A stretch of 64,000 bases of DNA from Eutreptiella sp. 'Long Island Sound 2002' (lineage: Eukaryota > Protista > Euglenida): contig OZ038378.1 of the NCBI GenBank assembly GCA_964036045.1, positions 2,046,001-2,110,000 on the forward strand. Direction: 5' to 3'. Shown piece by piece: positions 12,262-23,756 of the stretch. Each line of letters begins with the position of its first letter. Within the stretch, counting starts at the first letter, position 1. The position numbers and the translations under genes are program-made. The notes under the pieces are model-generated. The model searched no databases, had not been told where the DNA came from, and saw only the letters and a program-made list of their open reading frames with translations.

Positions 12262-12498
12262 CCAACCCCCCTATCCATGCGTGGAGCAATTTGTACCGGA
12301 CCACCCCAACAAAGATGAGACAAATGTGCACTGATTTGTGGATGAGAACAATTGGCTGAAATTGTCTAAGGCTGGGCCATTTGGTGCATCAGCACCGACC
12401 ATTGAGCCCCCCACACATTCCTCTGCCCCCCTCCCCCTTCCCCCACAGCTCTTCCAAAGATCCCCAGGGCACTCCCACCTGATTGCCTCGCACTGCAG

Positions 12499-12914
12499 GG
12501 AACATCACGTCTGTGGACCCGCTGACCCCTGCCGCGTACATGTGCTCCCCCCACGCCCCCCAGTACTCCCGTGTACTGCACCAGACGTGGGCCCAGTACC
12601 GCGCATCGCTGGGGCAGCACGACTGCTTTGTGTTCTTCGGGTTCGCGTGCAAGTTCCTGAAGTTCAACACGGAGGCCGCGCTGCAGCGCATGCGCGTAAT
12701 TGTCCTGGAGCACTTCGCGCACGGCGAGGGCAAGCAGCAGTGCATTGAGGACCTGTACCAGGCGATCACCCGCACGCATGCGCTGCGGTTCGCGGCCACC
12801 ATCAACTTCGCGGAGGCGTACAACTCGAACCTCCGGAAGCAGTTCGAAGGGGATCAGATGCACCCGGCAGCCTGGCGCACCAACCGCAACATCGCAGTCT
12901 TCTATAAAGTCTGA
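12499..12914 (+). CDS. Terminal exon of a host gene, product unknown (~138 aa)
   Basis: Abrupt GC3-rich codon usage begins right after a polypyrimidine tract and cactgcAG acceptor (12497-12498), phase 1. Ends RNIAVFYKV-TGA. No upstream exon recognisable in 1-12498. Confidence 0.75.
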
Positions 12915-12919
12915 CGGGA

Positions 12920-12980
12920 GGTTGTGTAGCTCAGGCGTCACGCACATGCCTGAATTGGAGGTGCCCGGTTTGAACCCCTT
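12920..12980 (+). ncRNA. Degenerate tRNA-like / SINE-head-like sequence
   Basis: A-box-like tagctcagg and B-box-like ggtttgaacc with tRNA-like spacing; acceptor stem does not pair, so not a functional tRNA. Confidence 0.3.
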
Positions 12981-14349
12981 TCAGGAGGAGCGCCGCTGTC
13001 CGAGGCACCAGGGTGCAGGTGAGCCGGAAGGAGTTATGCTGGCGTCGGCAGATCGGCCGGACAACCTCACTCCACCCCACCCCACCCCAACGGAGTCTGA
13101 CGCGAGGTCGAGGCTGTCCGTAAGTTCGGTGGCAGGGTCTTCAGGGATACCGGTACCAGAGGGTGAGGGTTATCACCAGGACCCAGTGCCAAAACCCCTG
13201 CTGCCCTCCTCTGTGTGGACCCGACACAGAGCAGTGACGCAGGGACAGGGACAGGGGCTCCGTTGGCACAAATTACACAGGGAAAGTGAGGCGGTGCAGG
13301 GAAGCATGGGCAAGACCGGTAGATCAAGGGCAGTAGAGGGTGAGAGGCCAATGGCCACCACTACGCGTGGAGCGAAAAGGTGCAAGGACAGGACAAGGGT
13401 AAGTGGCAAGAGGCCAATAGGTGCCCCCCGCTTCAGACAACAATCCACCCAAACATCATGCCCCCCCTGCCCTTTTCCGTGCCCCACAACACCTGTATTC
13501 GAGCAGTATATGCGGTCTGCCTCGGACTCCCAATGGCAGGGTTTGATTTACACTTATGGGCCAGCCGGCCCATGGACGGCTGCCCTCACCGTTGTGACAA
13601 CACCGCTTTCCCCGCCGGCCTCCTTTGGGCTGGAACCGGGCTGCAGTCGTCATTCGTCTCCCAGCCCAGCAGACTTACGGGTCCTCGGGGCAGTGCCCGA
13701 GAGCAAATGGGTGAGGATTCTTGTCCACCGGGCCAACGAAGACAGAGTGAGGCTAACTGAGGAGGTCACTACCAGGACCAAGAGGGTGCCGGCCCCCAGA
13801 TCCACCCATCATCAGGTGGGAGCAGGCCATTGCTTAGTGTGGCGCACCCCCCCCCCCCCCCGGGGGGCGGGTGGGGGGGGGGCAGAGGCAAAAAAAAGTT
13901 TGTGTACCAAAAAAAGGCCTCAAATTTCCGGCCCCTTGAATAAATCACTTCGAAGAGGGTTGTTACAACAGCACAGGCGCAGACGCCATACACCCCCGTT
14001 TTGGCGGGGGGGGGGATTGCCTAGCATCCCCCAAGGCATGATATTGGATGTCTAAACCCGTGTAAACTCATTATTTGGCGAGACAAGATGATTGCCCCAT
14101 GAATTTTTCAATTTTGAGCCATCTATTCTCCTATACTTGGGTACGATGAGTGATACCTGTACTTGGGTGGGGTGACTGGTCAAAGATTCAGCCGTGGTCA
14201 AATGATGTGGTAGATACTGCGTGGCTCACGGTCATTCTTAGTGAGTGGCATCATCGATGAGTTAGCTAAATCTGAAGATATCTGGGTGTAGGGCTTGATC
14301 CCGGTTACTCTTATATTCAAAGTAATACTGACTTGGGGGCATTGGGCCC

Positions 14350-14930
14350 CATGTTGGCAAGAAATTACCTTGAAGAGAGGTTGTTAGATCAAGCAGAGGT
14401 GTTGACACCGCCACCCGTTTTGGGGGTCTTTTGCGTAGCATACCCCAAGGCATGATACTGGATGTCCAACCCCTCGTAAAATCATTATTTTGCCCAACAA
14501 AACAATCCCCCAATGAATTTTTTGATTTTGAGTCATCTCTCCCCATGAAACTGGATACCGTTTTTGGAGGTCGCGGGGGGGGGGGGGGGGGGTTACAAAA
14601 GTTTGTGCTTTGAAGGATTTGAACCAGGGTCGGGTAAAATTGGCTGATCGGTTGTACGTCTGAAGGCCGCAATCTGCGGCCGGGAATACAACCAATGGCC
14701 GGCAAGTTGTCGGGCGACTATTTTACCGCTCGACCGTTGATTGTTTGTTGTGTATACGTGTTCCCCTTTACTCGTAGATGGAGGTTGAAAAAGCCGAACT
14801 ATGTGTTTCAGACTAGATGCCTGCCTGCCTTCTTGCATGACTGATTGACTGATTGGCCGACTATCAGGCCAACTGACTAACTCTAGTCCCTCTTCAAGGG
14901 GCCTTGCTGAAGGCAATAGATTTTTTTTCT
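14350..14930 (+). repeat. Dispersed non-coding repeat family R1 (partial copy also at ~13935-14115)
   Basis: Colinear with 32960-33575: gagg(t/g)tg.tagatcaag...gcatacccc aaggcatgata.tggatgt...aaaatcattatt...ending gaaggcaatagatttttt. Confidence 0.85.
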
Positions 14931-15039
14931 AAATCACTTAAGGACCAAAACAGAAAAACTGTTGTATTGCTGATCGGGTTGCATCAGGGTCATGCTCAAA
15001 AAAATAGGTAAACAATAACACCCGCCGAAACCCAAACCT

Positions 15040-15860
15040 TGTGTATTGAAGGCTTTTGAGCACCGTATCCCATCACCTCGCTCGCATCAGTCCCCAAGCA
15101 CAATCCCTGCTCTGTAGGCTTTACCGGGGAAGGAGGAGTGGGGGATCTTTCTTGTTCACATGGACAATTGATCCATCATTGTGATGGTTGGGGCCACGCC
15201 CTTTTGGGTTGCATTCAAACTATTATGTTGCAAACAATGTGTCTAAGGACGGCCCTCAAGATTGTTGGCTGCTTTTTCATTGGTTGCCTCCATCCGTGAT
15301 TAACAAGAAGGTGGGTGCGAGTTGGAAGCCACCTGCGGTACCTCCAATGAGAACACTTATCCTTTCTCCCGCTTCTTGCTCTCCTCGGGACATTCCCTTG
15401 CTCTTTGAGGCAACAACTCTACTGTGGTTCCCTTACCCGGTGAACGTACCTATGTCATCAATTATGGCAATTTGGTCCGGGTCTGCATTCCTTTGTCTAA
15501 CAAGAACTGTTTGCAACCGGTAAACCACCGTTCAACGAACTCTTTGTACACTCAAGTGCATGCAAATCGATTAGGCTCTGATGCCCGTCCGTTAATACCA
15601 CCACCGGACTGTCCGCGGAGGCCCTCAAACAAGGTGCCAACACTTGCGTGACATACTCGCGGAACACATCTTGCGTATTGAAGGCGTTTGAGCACCGTAT
15701 CACATAACTTTGTTCACGCAAGTCCCCAAGCACATTCTCTACTCAGTGGGATTTCTAGGGGAAGGAGGAGTGGGGGATGTTTCTTGCTTACATGGACAAT
15801 TGATCCATCCCGTTGTGAAGGTTGGGGCCACGCCGTTTTGGGGGAGGCGGTGGTGGAGGT
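15040..15860 (-). mobile_element. pogo/Tigger-like (DDE_1) transposase fragments, internally tandem-duplicated (~630-bp period)
   Basis: DPDQIAIIDDIG (first Asp region), ERISVLIGGTAGG, FREYVTQVLAPCL...VVVLTDGHQSL (second Asp); atggacaattgatccatc recurs at 15160 and 15792. Confidence 0.7.
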
Positions 15861-16754
15861 TGTGTGTGTGCAGTGTGTGGGTCGCCGGTGTTTGCATGTG
15901 TGAGATTGAGTTGGCCCCGTTCGGCTCGTTTTCGGTTGAAACGGAATAGCATAGGATCGAGTCCTTTGCTCTGGAGGAGGGCGTTAACACGGATGGTGTT
16001 GGACTCGCGGACATTGGACTTGTTTTGATTGATTAATAAGGAGGACTACGCGATCATCATCGGGTGTTGGGCACTTGGACCAATGGTGTCCTATTTTCCC
16101 GCATCAGGCACATATTTGCGTGAGTGCAATGAACGGAGCGTCGGAATTTTAGGGTTTTTGATTAGCGTAGTGCGCCGGCGTGCCGCGTTGCTCCGTAGAG
16201 TGAAAATCCCATCCGCGGTGGTCGCACCATGGGAGTTGTGTTCCTGGTGGAGGGAATCGTGGCACGGTAGAGCCTTTGACAGCACTGGTTAGTTGTGCGG
16301 ACATCTTATCGATTGCTGCGGAGGTATTTGACGTAGTTGGTGGGGCGGGTGGGTTTGCTGTAGAGTGGCTGTAATGGTGGTGGTGTGGTTGTGTATGTTG
16401 GTGGGTTGTGGTCGGTTCGGTCGTGTAAGTAGGAGACGACGGTTGTTGGTGATGTGGTTGGTGGTGATGGTGTGAGTGGTAGTGAGGGTGGTTGTTGGGT
16501 TCGGCGTAGTGGCGGTGTCTGTGGTCAGCGTATTGGGATGTGACGGAATGGAACTGCTTGGGACCGAGGTGCTGGGAGTGGTGATGAAAATGTGACTGGG
16601 CCGGCGAGGTTGGTTGAGGGCTATTGTGGTAATGCTGGTGGGTTGAGTGGTGGTGGTGATGGTGGTGGTGGTTTTGCGACGAGCGGTCAGAATATTGGTG
16701 GTGACTATGGTTGTGTTGTACGGCTAAGACGACATGTTGGTAGTGGTGGTGATG

Positions 16755-16939
16755 TGTATATGTAGACTGGTATCAACATTGGTAATTTCAACCTCGTTCT
16801 CACTTCGACTGGTGTGGTTTTGTCCCTCGGTAGCGCAGCAAGAGGCGGCACGACAAAAGAAGACAAAACACTAGGCACACACTTTTTTGTGAGAAACGGT
16901 ACATGCAGAGCAAAGGGCTGTGCGCTTATCAGGCACACT
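16755..16939 (-). repeat. ~180-bp pLTR-like direct repeat, copy 2
   Basis: Clearly homologous to 20878-21056; truncates the GIY-YIG ORF. Confidence 0.85.
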
Positions 16940-17638
16940 ATAGTATCTCCCAAAGAAAGCAGAATTTATGTCGAAGAGGGTTCGGTGCGTGGGGGCGGGG
17001 AGGTAGCGTGCTGTAGTGGTAATGAGAGCCAGTAGCATGGGTGGTGGATATTTGTGTTGGGGTATGGGTTGGCTGGAAGCAGCAATGTGGCGCGCGAAAC
17101 TGAGCAAGGACCCTTTCATGGACTCAAGTTCTTTTGACCAGACTTTCCTGTGGACTAGGAAATCCCACTTTCCTCCACGCATGCTAGGTATGTCTCGATT
17201 CAGAAGAGAACCCAGGCCCCACTTGCGCATCCACCATGCTTCCCGGGCGGTCGCCGAGGAGGGCGTGGTGAATTCGAGGGGGGTGTTGATGAAATTCTCT
17301 GGTCCCTTGAGGCATATCCATCTATACACATCGGCAGGCAGATAGATTTGTGCGTCATTGGGTCCCCACGTGCAAAAATAATTGGCGCCTAGGCGCACGT
17401 GGTCACGGCCTCGGTCCGCGGTGCGGCGATACTGACCCCTCGCGCCTGTTTGGCCAATGTTATAGCGGCCATCGGTTAGGCACCATAGGCGATATATCCA
17501 ACACCCATGTTGTTTACCTGAGGCTCGGGTTGTGCGTAGATTGTGGAGTTTCTTTATGTGCCTATCATTGCTGAGGGCGAGTGTTACATTTATCCTGTCC
17601 CATGACTCGAAAAATTTATTCCGGTCTTTTTTGAACAC
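16940..17638 (-). mobile_element. GIY-YIG endonuclease of a Penelope-like retroelement
   Basis: CWIYRLWCLTDGRYNIGQTG (GIY...YIG), RGRDH, AREAWW (catalytic Glu) and LLNRD (conserved Asn), spanning ~17510-17190. Confidence 0.8.
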
Positions 17639-17649
17639 GAGGTCTCACC

Positions 17650-20600
17650 TGCCACGGTGCCAGTTCGGTGCAAGTGTTGTGCGCCTAATTTTCCACTTCT
17701 TCGCGCCACAGGCGAAGGAAAATATCGTTATGCGACTGTGCTTCAGCGGATAGTTCATCGAGTGCAAAATCCACGCTGTGGTGGAATAGTGGGGGGCTGA
17801 AATGGGTACGTGCCTTTCGTAAAAGAGGTGATAGCTGGGTGCGGACATGGGCCCAGAAGTACAGAGGGGGTAGGATCGGTTTTTGTGTGGGGCTGTAGGA
17901 GAAATACCACAATCTGATGGGTTGGGGCTGTTGTTGGTGGCCTGTGAAGGAAGATAGGGAGAAGGGGGCTATGAAATCGTATGTGCACCAATTTGGGTGT
18001 ATGTCTGCCGGTAGGTTGGCTTCGAGCTCTGTATCTGCCGGCATGGGTACAATCAGTGTTAAAGGTCTACCGCATGTGGTCATGTGGTGAATCGCCTTCA
18101 GAGGGGCTGAGTGTGCGAGGGGGCGGGTGCTATCTGTAGTATGTGGGTCGCAAAGGATGGACAGCAGTGTCGGCGAAGGGTGCGTGAAACAGTGGTCGGG
18201 TGGTGGGTACGGGGGCGCATAGGAGGGTGTATGGACATGGGGTGGAAGGGGGATAGCCATTGGAAATGACCTATGGTCTGGTTTATGGAGAAAACACAAT
18301 GCAGGGTGGAGGCCCAGGTGACTCCCGGGAAAACTTGATAACCATTTAGATCGATGTCAGTTAACCATTGTTCACACGACTCAATGAGGTCTACGAAGAA
18401 AGAAAGGTAGGCGAGGGCACTCCAATTAGCCCATGAGTGCAGGTCCCGAGTAGTTGACCAAGAGGACACCGCCGTGGCCACGGCCTCGTGGTCAATGAGG
18501 TAGTCGCGAAAGGAGATCAACTGGTGTGAGGCCAGCAGGGATGGGGGCAGGGCCCCGGAGACCATGAAAGGGAGGGTGTGGGGTGGTCGTTGGGGCTGGT
18601 TGTGGGCGGCGCCTTGTTGCAGGGCAAGCAGGGCCTGGTGTTGGTTTTGGAGACCGCTAAGATGGTCGGTGAGGAAACGGAGGTTGTGTTCAAGGACACT
18701 GGTCGTGGGGTATGCATGGGAGTAACAGTAGCGGGGGTCGGCGATAGGGGCAGGCGCATGACAACGTGAAGGGACTGGTCAGAGACCGTGATGAGCTTGG
18801 GACGCAAGAAATCCAGGTCCCGTTGTCTCAGAGCTTGTGACAAGCGACAGAGTCGGTGGGTCAGTGAACCCAGTACTCTACCCATGGAGGCCGCGCTCTC
18901 CGAGCACTCCAGTGAGGAAATGATGTGTGACCATTCGCGTGTGAGGCACATGCTGCGGGGGCAGGGACGGGGTTGTTCGTGGGCGTCTCAATGAACACCG
19001 GAGGTCTGGGCCTCAATAATTTCGGTAAGCCGGTTCACGGCGGTGACTGCCTTCTGTTCGTCGCGGAAGAGCCATGGCAAATCAACCCACGTGGTGTCGT
19101 CGTGGTAAGATGAGGAGTGGTCGCGGACTTCAGCTAGCTTGTCTGCAATGTCGGTGACCACCACGCGGCTGAAGTGGTAGGCATCGTCGGTCTATTGGAG
19201 GCAATAGAGCGCGTCTCCCACTGAGTCTTTGCGGATGGAGCCTTTCACACCTTTCGTCGCTTTAGTGTCAAGGGTGCCAAGTTCGTGCCAGTTGCCCGTG
19301 GATTTGAGGCGCATAATTTGCTGGAGCTGCTAGGCCATTGTGTCCATACGGGTTCGCAACTGCGCTAGTTCGCTGGAAACGGCAGAAGAGGAAGTGCTGG
19401 ATAGGGAAGGAGAACCACTGGACTCGACACTAGCATTGTCGGAGTTAGCGGATTGTTTTTGTGCACGTGGGGTGGCACTGGGGACAGGCGAGTGTGGCTT
19501 CAGGAAGTCGGGGAGTGCCTCAGCCGCAAAAGATTGGCGCAGGTCCCCACATACGCCATCGTCCATGTCCACATTGATAGTGTCGTGACAGGAGCGCTTT
19601 TTGTTATGCAACAGGGGTGTGGGGGTCTCACCGACAATAGGGGTACAGTTGCTGCGAGTCCTTTTCGTGAAGTCGGATGGCGTGGAGAAAGATGTGAGTA
19701 GATGAGGTTCGACTGGTACAGGTTCCGGTGGGCAGCAGCTAAAATTGACGGGGGAGGTGGTTTTTGTTGGTGGTTTTGGTGCGCGTTGGCGTCGGAGTTC
19801 GGGGGTTTCGGGCACCTTGAAAGTGGAGACTGTGGGTTCTCCGGGTGTAGACGGAGAGGGGCTGGAAGGGTGCTGGGTGGCTGGTACTTCAAGCACGAGA
19901 TTTTCAGGAGGCTTGGCATTAGTTGGGGCACCGTTGGTTCTCGCAGGGGGTGGTGGCATGGGTGAAAGATGGTGTGTCGGAGGTTGCTGCAGAGTACTGG
20001 TTGGTGCTGTGGATCGCAGGATAGGTCCCCTGGGCTGGGGGGCATCAGGCTCACCCGTGCCGACAGTCCGGGTATTGTGCGTGGGCGTGGGTACAGCAGT
20101 TCCCGGGACGAGATGGCTTGAAGGGCAGTGATAAGTTGCTCAGAAATAGCGGCTGTAGGGGGTGTCGTTGTCATTGGAGTGCCTCGGGAGTGGTGAGCTA
20201 GGGTTGGAGATGTGGGGTGGCGTTTGGCAGGCGGGCAGATGGATGGTGTGGATGAAGGGGTGTATGGGGATTTTGGTTTGAAATTTTCGAAAGCTTTGAA
20301 CGAACAAGGGTTTAGTCCACGCTTTTGGAGGGCGGCGCTGATTCGGAGTTGGTTTTGGTCGCATTCTTTATGCCGTTCTTCCTCGGTGACGAGGGAAGCA
20401 ATAACGCTCTCCTCATTGAGGTCTTCTTCGGAGAATTTTTATGAATGTCTTGTTTTGCCGCAATTTTTGTAGATAAGCTTGTGAGAGTCAAAATCAGATT
20501 TCTTGCCATCACGTTGCTTGTGAGGAAATCTTCCATGTTGTTCTGTAGAATGGGAGCAATAGCGCTTGCATATGTCGCATCACGGCATTTGCGTGCCGAT

Positions 20601-20820
20601 AGGAAGTTATCCGTGAGCAGTTGGTACTTGGGCGAGTTCAGTGGGAGCGGTTGTAGCAGTGGGCGGCGAGCTGGTCGGTGTATGTGGATGGTCGGTTGGA
20701 TTGGTGGACGTGGATGTGCTTGGCGGGGAACTCGAAGCAATTGCAGTGACTTGAGTGTGTTCACGACTTGCAGGAGTTGGTTGGCGGTATCCGTCGGGAT
20801 GGTAGGCGCAGCAGACATTT
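17650..20820 (-). pseudogene. Long decayed N-terminal ORF region upstream of the GIY-YIG domain
   Basis: Succession of same-strand protein-like and Pro/Ser/Thr-rich ORF pieces (20818-20312, 19959-19330, 18951-18517, 18565-18098) between the pLTR-like repeat and the nuclease. Confidence 0.5.
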
Positions 20821-20877
20821 TCGATAGTTGTAACAGTGGTGCTATAATGGGCGATACAGGTATCCTTCACGATACAC

Positions 20878-21056
20878 GTATATGAGATATCAACGTTGGT
20901 AATTTCAACCCCGTTCTCACTTGGACTGGTGTGGTCCTGTCCCTCAGTAGCGCAGCAAGAGGCGGCACGACAGAAAGAGACGAAACACCAGGCACACACT
21001 TTTTTGTGAGAAACGGTACATGCAGAGCACAGGGCTGTGCGCTTGTCAGACACACT
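20878..21056 (-). repeat. ~180-bp pLTR-like direct repeat, copy 1 (follows RT stop)
   Basis: Homologous to 16755-16939; lies just 3' of the PLE-A RT C-terminus. Confidence 0.85.
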
Positions 21057-21114
21057 GCATGGTTGTGTTCCGGCAGGAAAGGTTGAAACTATGTTAAGGC
21101 AGCTCCTTGAAGGG

Positions 21115-22390
21115 TCATGGACACACATGTAGGGGGCGGCGCAGCGCAACAGAGGCCAGGTCGCATAACCCGATAGTATGACACTTCGCTAGTACCATTA
21201 GCTTCCACCATTGTTTGGGGTAGTCTTTGGACCGAAGCAAGGAGATCAAGCAACATATATTGAGAAACATTACTTCCCTACCAGATGCATAGTGTGCACA
21301 TTTTGCTATTTGGTTCGGAACGTAGGACAACAGCATGTCCTGGGAGTTCGGGCTGAAAAAATCCAATAACCGTTTTTTGGGACGGCAAGTGTGAACCTCC
21401 TGGTACCCTCGTGAACACTGGGGGTTTCACAGTGAGTTCAACCGTGGACCTTGAGGTAATGAAAACCATTGCTTCGAGGAAAGCTAGGTTGCGGATGAAT
21501 GACTCCACAGTGAGTTGCATAGCCAGCGAAGTTTGAACACGTGATTTAACTTGTTGCACAAACTCAGCGGGTGACAATCCCTGGAGTGCATGTTATAATA
21601 CAAGTACCAAGAAATTGTCTCGGTATCTAACGATTGGGGGCAGGGAGGTGCGGTTCATGGTCACTTCCTTGTTAGTGACCACGAGGGATGCATATTGTGC
21701 TGACGCGGAGCCCCCGATGGCGGTGCCTACGGCTTGGGCAAAAACTGACGAGCATGTGACAAAAGTGTCGTTGAACATGAGGTCCCAAAAGACAAAATGT
21801 AGAATGTCAGTGAACGAAATTTTTAGGAAACCCGGGCAGGATACATTAGCGGCAATGCAATCTAAGTGTGTAATACCACCTTGGTGCACGGAAAAACGTG
21901 TGTTCGTGGCTTGAAGGCCATTGGTGCGGCAGTGGTGTTCAAAGAAGAAAAGAATAGCCGGGGCAATGGACAGCCTATCAATGTTAGGGAACATCTCAAC
22001 AATATCTAGTTCTGCAAGTGCAGTGCATGTGTGTGGGAATTTAGTAGACCATCCCTGAACAACGCGTCGCAGTTCGTGCATGCTAATGAACTCCAACACC
22101 GATGGGTGCTTGCACGCACTTTTCCACAAAAGTGATAAACAGCGTGACATTATGCGCCCATAGCGCCTGAAAGGGTGGCTTCCATGGCGTATCACTTCGC
22201 GGTTTTTCAACACGCAGTTGCTCTCTAACTCCTTAATGTTATGCTTCAGGAGCACTAGCATGTCCGGTACGCGCAGGCAGTGGCTTGGTTTTTGCAAAGT
22301 CTTGGGTGCGGGGTTTGCGAATAGATTGGTGGATAATGGGGCTGTTGGGGCCCCTGCCGGTCCTGGTGGGCCTGCAGGGGCGTTAAACAT
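21115..22390 (-). mobile_element. Penelope-like reverse transcriptase, family A (YRDN)
   Basis: VPDMLVLLKHN..KNREVIRHGSHPF, ELDIVEMFPNI, QAVGTAIGGSASAQYASL, VRYRDN (21625-21614), thumb LTVESFIRNLAFLEA, C-terminus DYPKQWW; a few frameshifts. Confidence 0.85.
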
Positions 22391-22958
22391 ACACGCACGG
22401 CATCAAACGGACTGAGTATGGGGCGAGTCTTGCGATGGTGTTGCGATGGATGGTGAGGTGTTCGGGTCGGAGAGTATTTGGGACTCCGGGGAGGACGTGT
22501 GCATGGAAATTGGTGATGTGTTGGGGTTGTTCGTTAGAAATGTCACTGGTTGGAATTGCGGAGGCGATTGTTGATTTTGTGGGTTTTGGGATCGAAATGT
22601 AACCTGCGGTGAAACGAAAGTGGTAATGCCATGTTGTGGCTGTGTGTTCGGTGAAATCGGCGCTTGTGGCGGGGCCGCTGCTGGAGGGTATGGGGCTGGT
22701 ACACCGTGGTAGTGGTGGTGTTGTGGCAATAGGGAAGTTGGAGATGGGTATGGTGCTGGGCTCCATCGATTGGTGGGCTATTGATCGATGAGTGGGCACA
22801 CGGTGCAAGTTTGCAGCGGGGCACAAAACAAAGTCAATAACGCGAGGCCTTTCTAGGACGCAGTAGAGTGGATGCAAATTCAGGCTACATGACATCTTAC
22901 CTATACGGGTAGAAACCAGGACAAAAGGGTCATTGCATATCGTCGTTAGCACAAAAGC

Positions 22959-23706
22959 TCATAGTGATAGATGAGTGGGTACGCGTTGTGTACACGTGCT
23001 GGCGGCGAGGTCAGCGGTTGCTTTGTAAATGGCAGCCAGTGGGGCATTGGGGTGTCCTACCCCCGGGGGGGGCGACTCCGCGGGTCCTAGGACGCCAACT
23101 ACTCCCGCCCCCCCCCCCCCCCCCCTAGGGCCCTTCGGCCAACAGTTAGTTGCCGAAGGTGTCGCCCCCAGGCGCCTAAGGCGCCCGATGCTCCATGAAC
23201 ACCAAAGGTGCCCTAAGGAAAATTTTGTCCAATTTGCACCCCAACACTATCCTTAAACCCAACCTTGACTCTAACACCCACCCCCAACCCTCAGCCTACT
23301 CCTATCCCTACACCTAACCCTAACCCTAACTAGCCCTGGCTCTCACCCTAGGCTAGGGTCAGAGTGAGTGTTCGGGTCCAAAATGGAGAGCAATGATGTG
23401 GCAAAAGCAGCCATGAACGAAATTGGGGGGATCTTGTTCAGCCCAATCAACATGGCTGGCATGGCCAAACCAGGTCGCTGCAAAGGTTATGGTTAGGTTT
23501 ATGGTGATGGTATGGTTAGAGGGAGGGCAAGGGGAGGTAAGGGGAGCCTGTGCCCCCCCCCCCCCAACACCCCAAATTGCCCCACCTGACCCCCCCCCCC
23601 AACCGACCCTCCCGGAGCCCCCCCCCCCCCAAGCCCCTCCTAGATCCCCTGCCAAGCCCATCCAAGACCCCCCCCCCAATTGCCCCTCCCTGAACCCCCC
23701 CTCCAA

Positions 23707-23756
<50 letters not shown>

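Noticed and set aside
1-12300. Endogenous nidovirus-like RNA virus (papain-like protease + Upf1-type helicase + zinc domain)
   Set aside because: No RdRp motifs seen, domain order does not match, and the protease has cellular USP-type Cys/His boxes.
16755-21056. Canonical hammerhead ribozyme in the pLTR-like repeats
   Set aside because: No CUGANGA...GAAA core on either strand; nearest match has three core mismatches.
23255-23355. True telomere or chromosome end
   Set aside because: Only ~3 perfect CCCTAA units in a degenerate array inside a MITE.
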